The notes under the pieces were generated by a model, which saw only the letters and a program-made list of their open reading frames with translations, was not told the origin of the DNA and made no database searches. A stretch of DNA of 64,000 nt from Eledone cirrhosa (lineage: Eukaryota), in assembly GCA_964016885.1 (NCBI GenBank), contig OZ024742.1, forward strand, positions 69,626,001 through 69,690,000, given 5' to 3'. Position numbers and translations under genes: made by a program. Of the stretch, positions 62,801 to 64,000 are shown piece by piece. Within the stretch, counting starts at the first letter, position 1. Each line of letters starts with the position of its first letter.

Positions 62801-64000
62801 CGGAATTGACTGAGTGGTTCAAGCATAATAGGGAACATGCTTTGAAACCGGATCAAAGGCAACTCTACTGCGATTTCCCTTCGCACTATACGTGGGATAA
62901 GAAGGGAAAGAAATGAATGATAGAAAACAAAAGTTGAGAATCATGACTATTGGACGGGTTTGTAATGTCCACCCGCATCTGGTGATGTGTTTTATCTCCG
63001 AATTAAGTTGCATAATGATTTTTCGAGAGGTAAACAGAGCTTCACTGATTTGAAAACAATCAATAGCGTGGAATATGAAACATACCAGGCTGTGTCAGCA
63101 TCTGGGACTCATTCAGGATGACGCTGAATGGAATAACGCCATGGAAGCTGCAGGAACAACACAGATGCCAGCTCAAATAAGGTAGTTGTTTGTCACGATT
63201 CTAGGATTCTGCAATCCTGCCGATCCAAGAGAGTTATTTGAACGCCATTGGGGAATTATAGCTGATAATTTTAAGCATCATCTTCAGGTCGATGATGAAA
63301 ATTTTATGGAAGCTATTCTTTTGCTCAATATTGAGCAACTGCTTGAAGTTCATTTCGAATGTTTAACAGATTTCAATTTGCCAATTCCTGATGAAGAAAT
63401 GCGGCAACGAGATTGCAACGATATTGCAGCTTAGACGGTTGCTACTCGATCGGAGGGAACTATTCCAGTTTGATCCACTGGAACAGCAACGTATTGTGGA
63501 TGAATGTATGCCAATGTTGACCCAATCTCAGAGAGAATTGGTCGATCGCATTCTCCACTCGATTTCCACTAATGAGCAACTTTGTGCTTTCATAGATGCT
63601 CCAGGAGGCACCGGAAAGACATTCTGTTTCAACACTATGTTATCGGCAGTCAGAGCTCAGAGGAAGATTGCTCTCCCAGTGGCCACCAGTGGGATCGCTG
63701 CCACTTTGCTGAGTGGAAGGACCTTCCACTCATGCTTCAAGGCTCCATTGGCTCAGGATGAGTTGAGTGTCTGTAACATTACAGGACAAAGTGAACTCGC
63801 GGGCTTTGTACGCAATACGTCTCTGATTGTTTGAGACGAGGCTCCAATGGCACACAGATATTTGCTGGAGGCATTGGACAGAACTTTGAGAGATATCTGC
63901 GGTAGTGACCTGCCATTCGGTGGTAAGACTGTCGTACTTGGTGGCGATTTCAGACAGGTGCTACCAATTGTTAGGAATGCTCAAACAACGCAAATTGTCG
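59867..64000 (+). mobile_element. Autonomous-type Helitron with RepHel pseudogene (about 60340 to beyond the window end)
   Basis: CCHKG, PRFAQIY, YDPLHYVLLFPKG, ILPSSFIGGPRYM. Rep motifs GKPDLFITVTCNP, IEFQKRGLPHAH, YLFKYVYKG. Pif1 Walker A DAPGGTGKT, Walker B DEAPM, GGDFRQ. Many stops and frameshifts. Confidence 0.95.

Overview
Eukaryotic, AT- and microsatellite-rich genomic DNA that is almost entirely transposable elements, with one 200-N gap (11208-11407). The tRNA-derived SINE resembles SINEs I recall from octopod cephalopod assemblies, so a cephalopod host is an inference, not proven. In order: a Penelope-like element (RT + GIY-YIG) with a nearby hammerhead ribozyme (0.4-4 kb); a decayed RTE LINE ending in three C2H2-like fingers (5.8-9.5 kb); a ~31 kb array built on (AAT)n microsatellites (11.4-42.8 kb) in which six Tx1/L1-clade APE retrotransposon copies all lie on the minus strand and four R4/Dong-like RLE retrotransposon copies all lie on the plus strand; older Tx1 and RTE remnants (43-49.5 kb); tandem SINEs; one host gene, a gustatory-receptor-like 7TM sequence with two frame lesions (50.7-51.8 kb); a second RLE element and (TACA)n-tailed retroelement ends (52-56.3 kb); and a head-to-tail Helitron cluster leading into a RepHel pseudogene (57.6-64 kb). 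The most unusual signals are in the (AAT)n array. The Dong-like elements carry what looks like a captured Tx1 5' UTR/ORF1 start, one derivative fuses that ATG to an RT-less Zn-knuckle/RLE endonuclease ORF, the Tx1 copies are ORF1/ORF2 chimeras with visible junctions, and the local SINE shares its 3' tail with the Tx1 family. All alignments were done by eye and no databases were searched.
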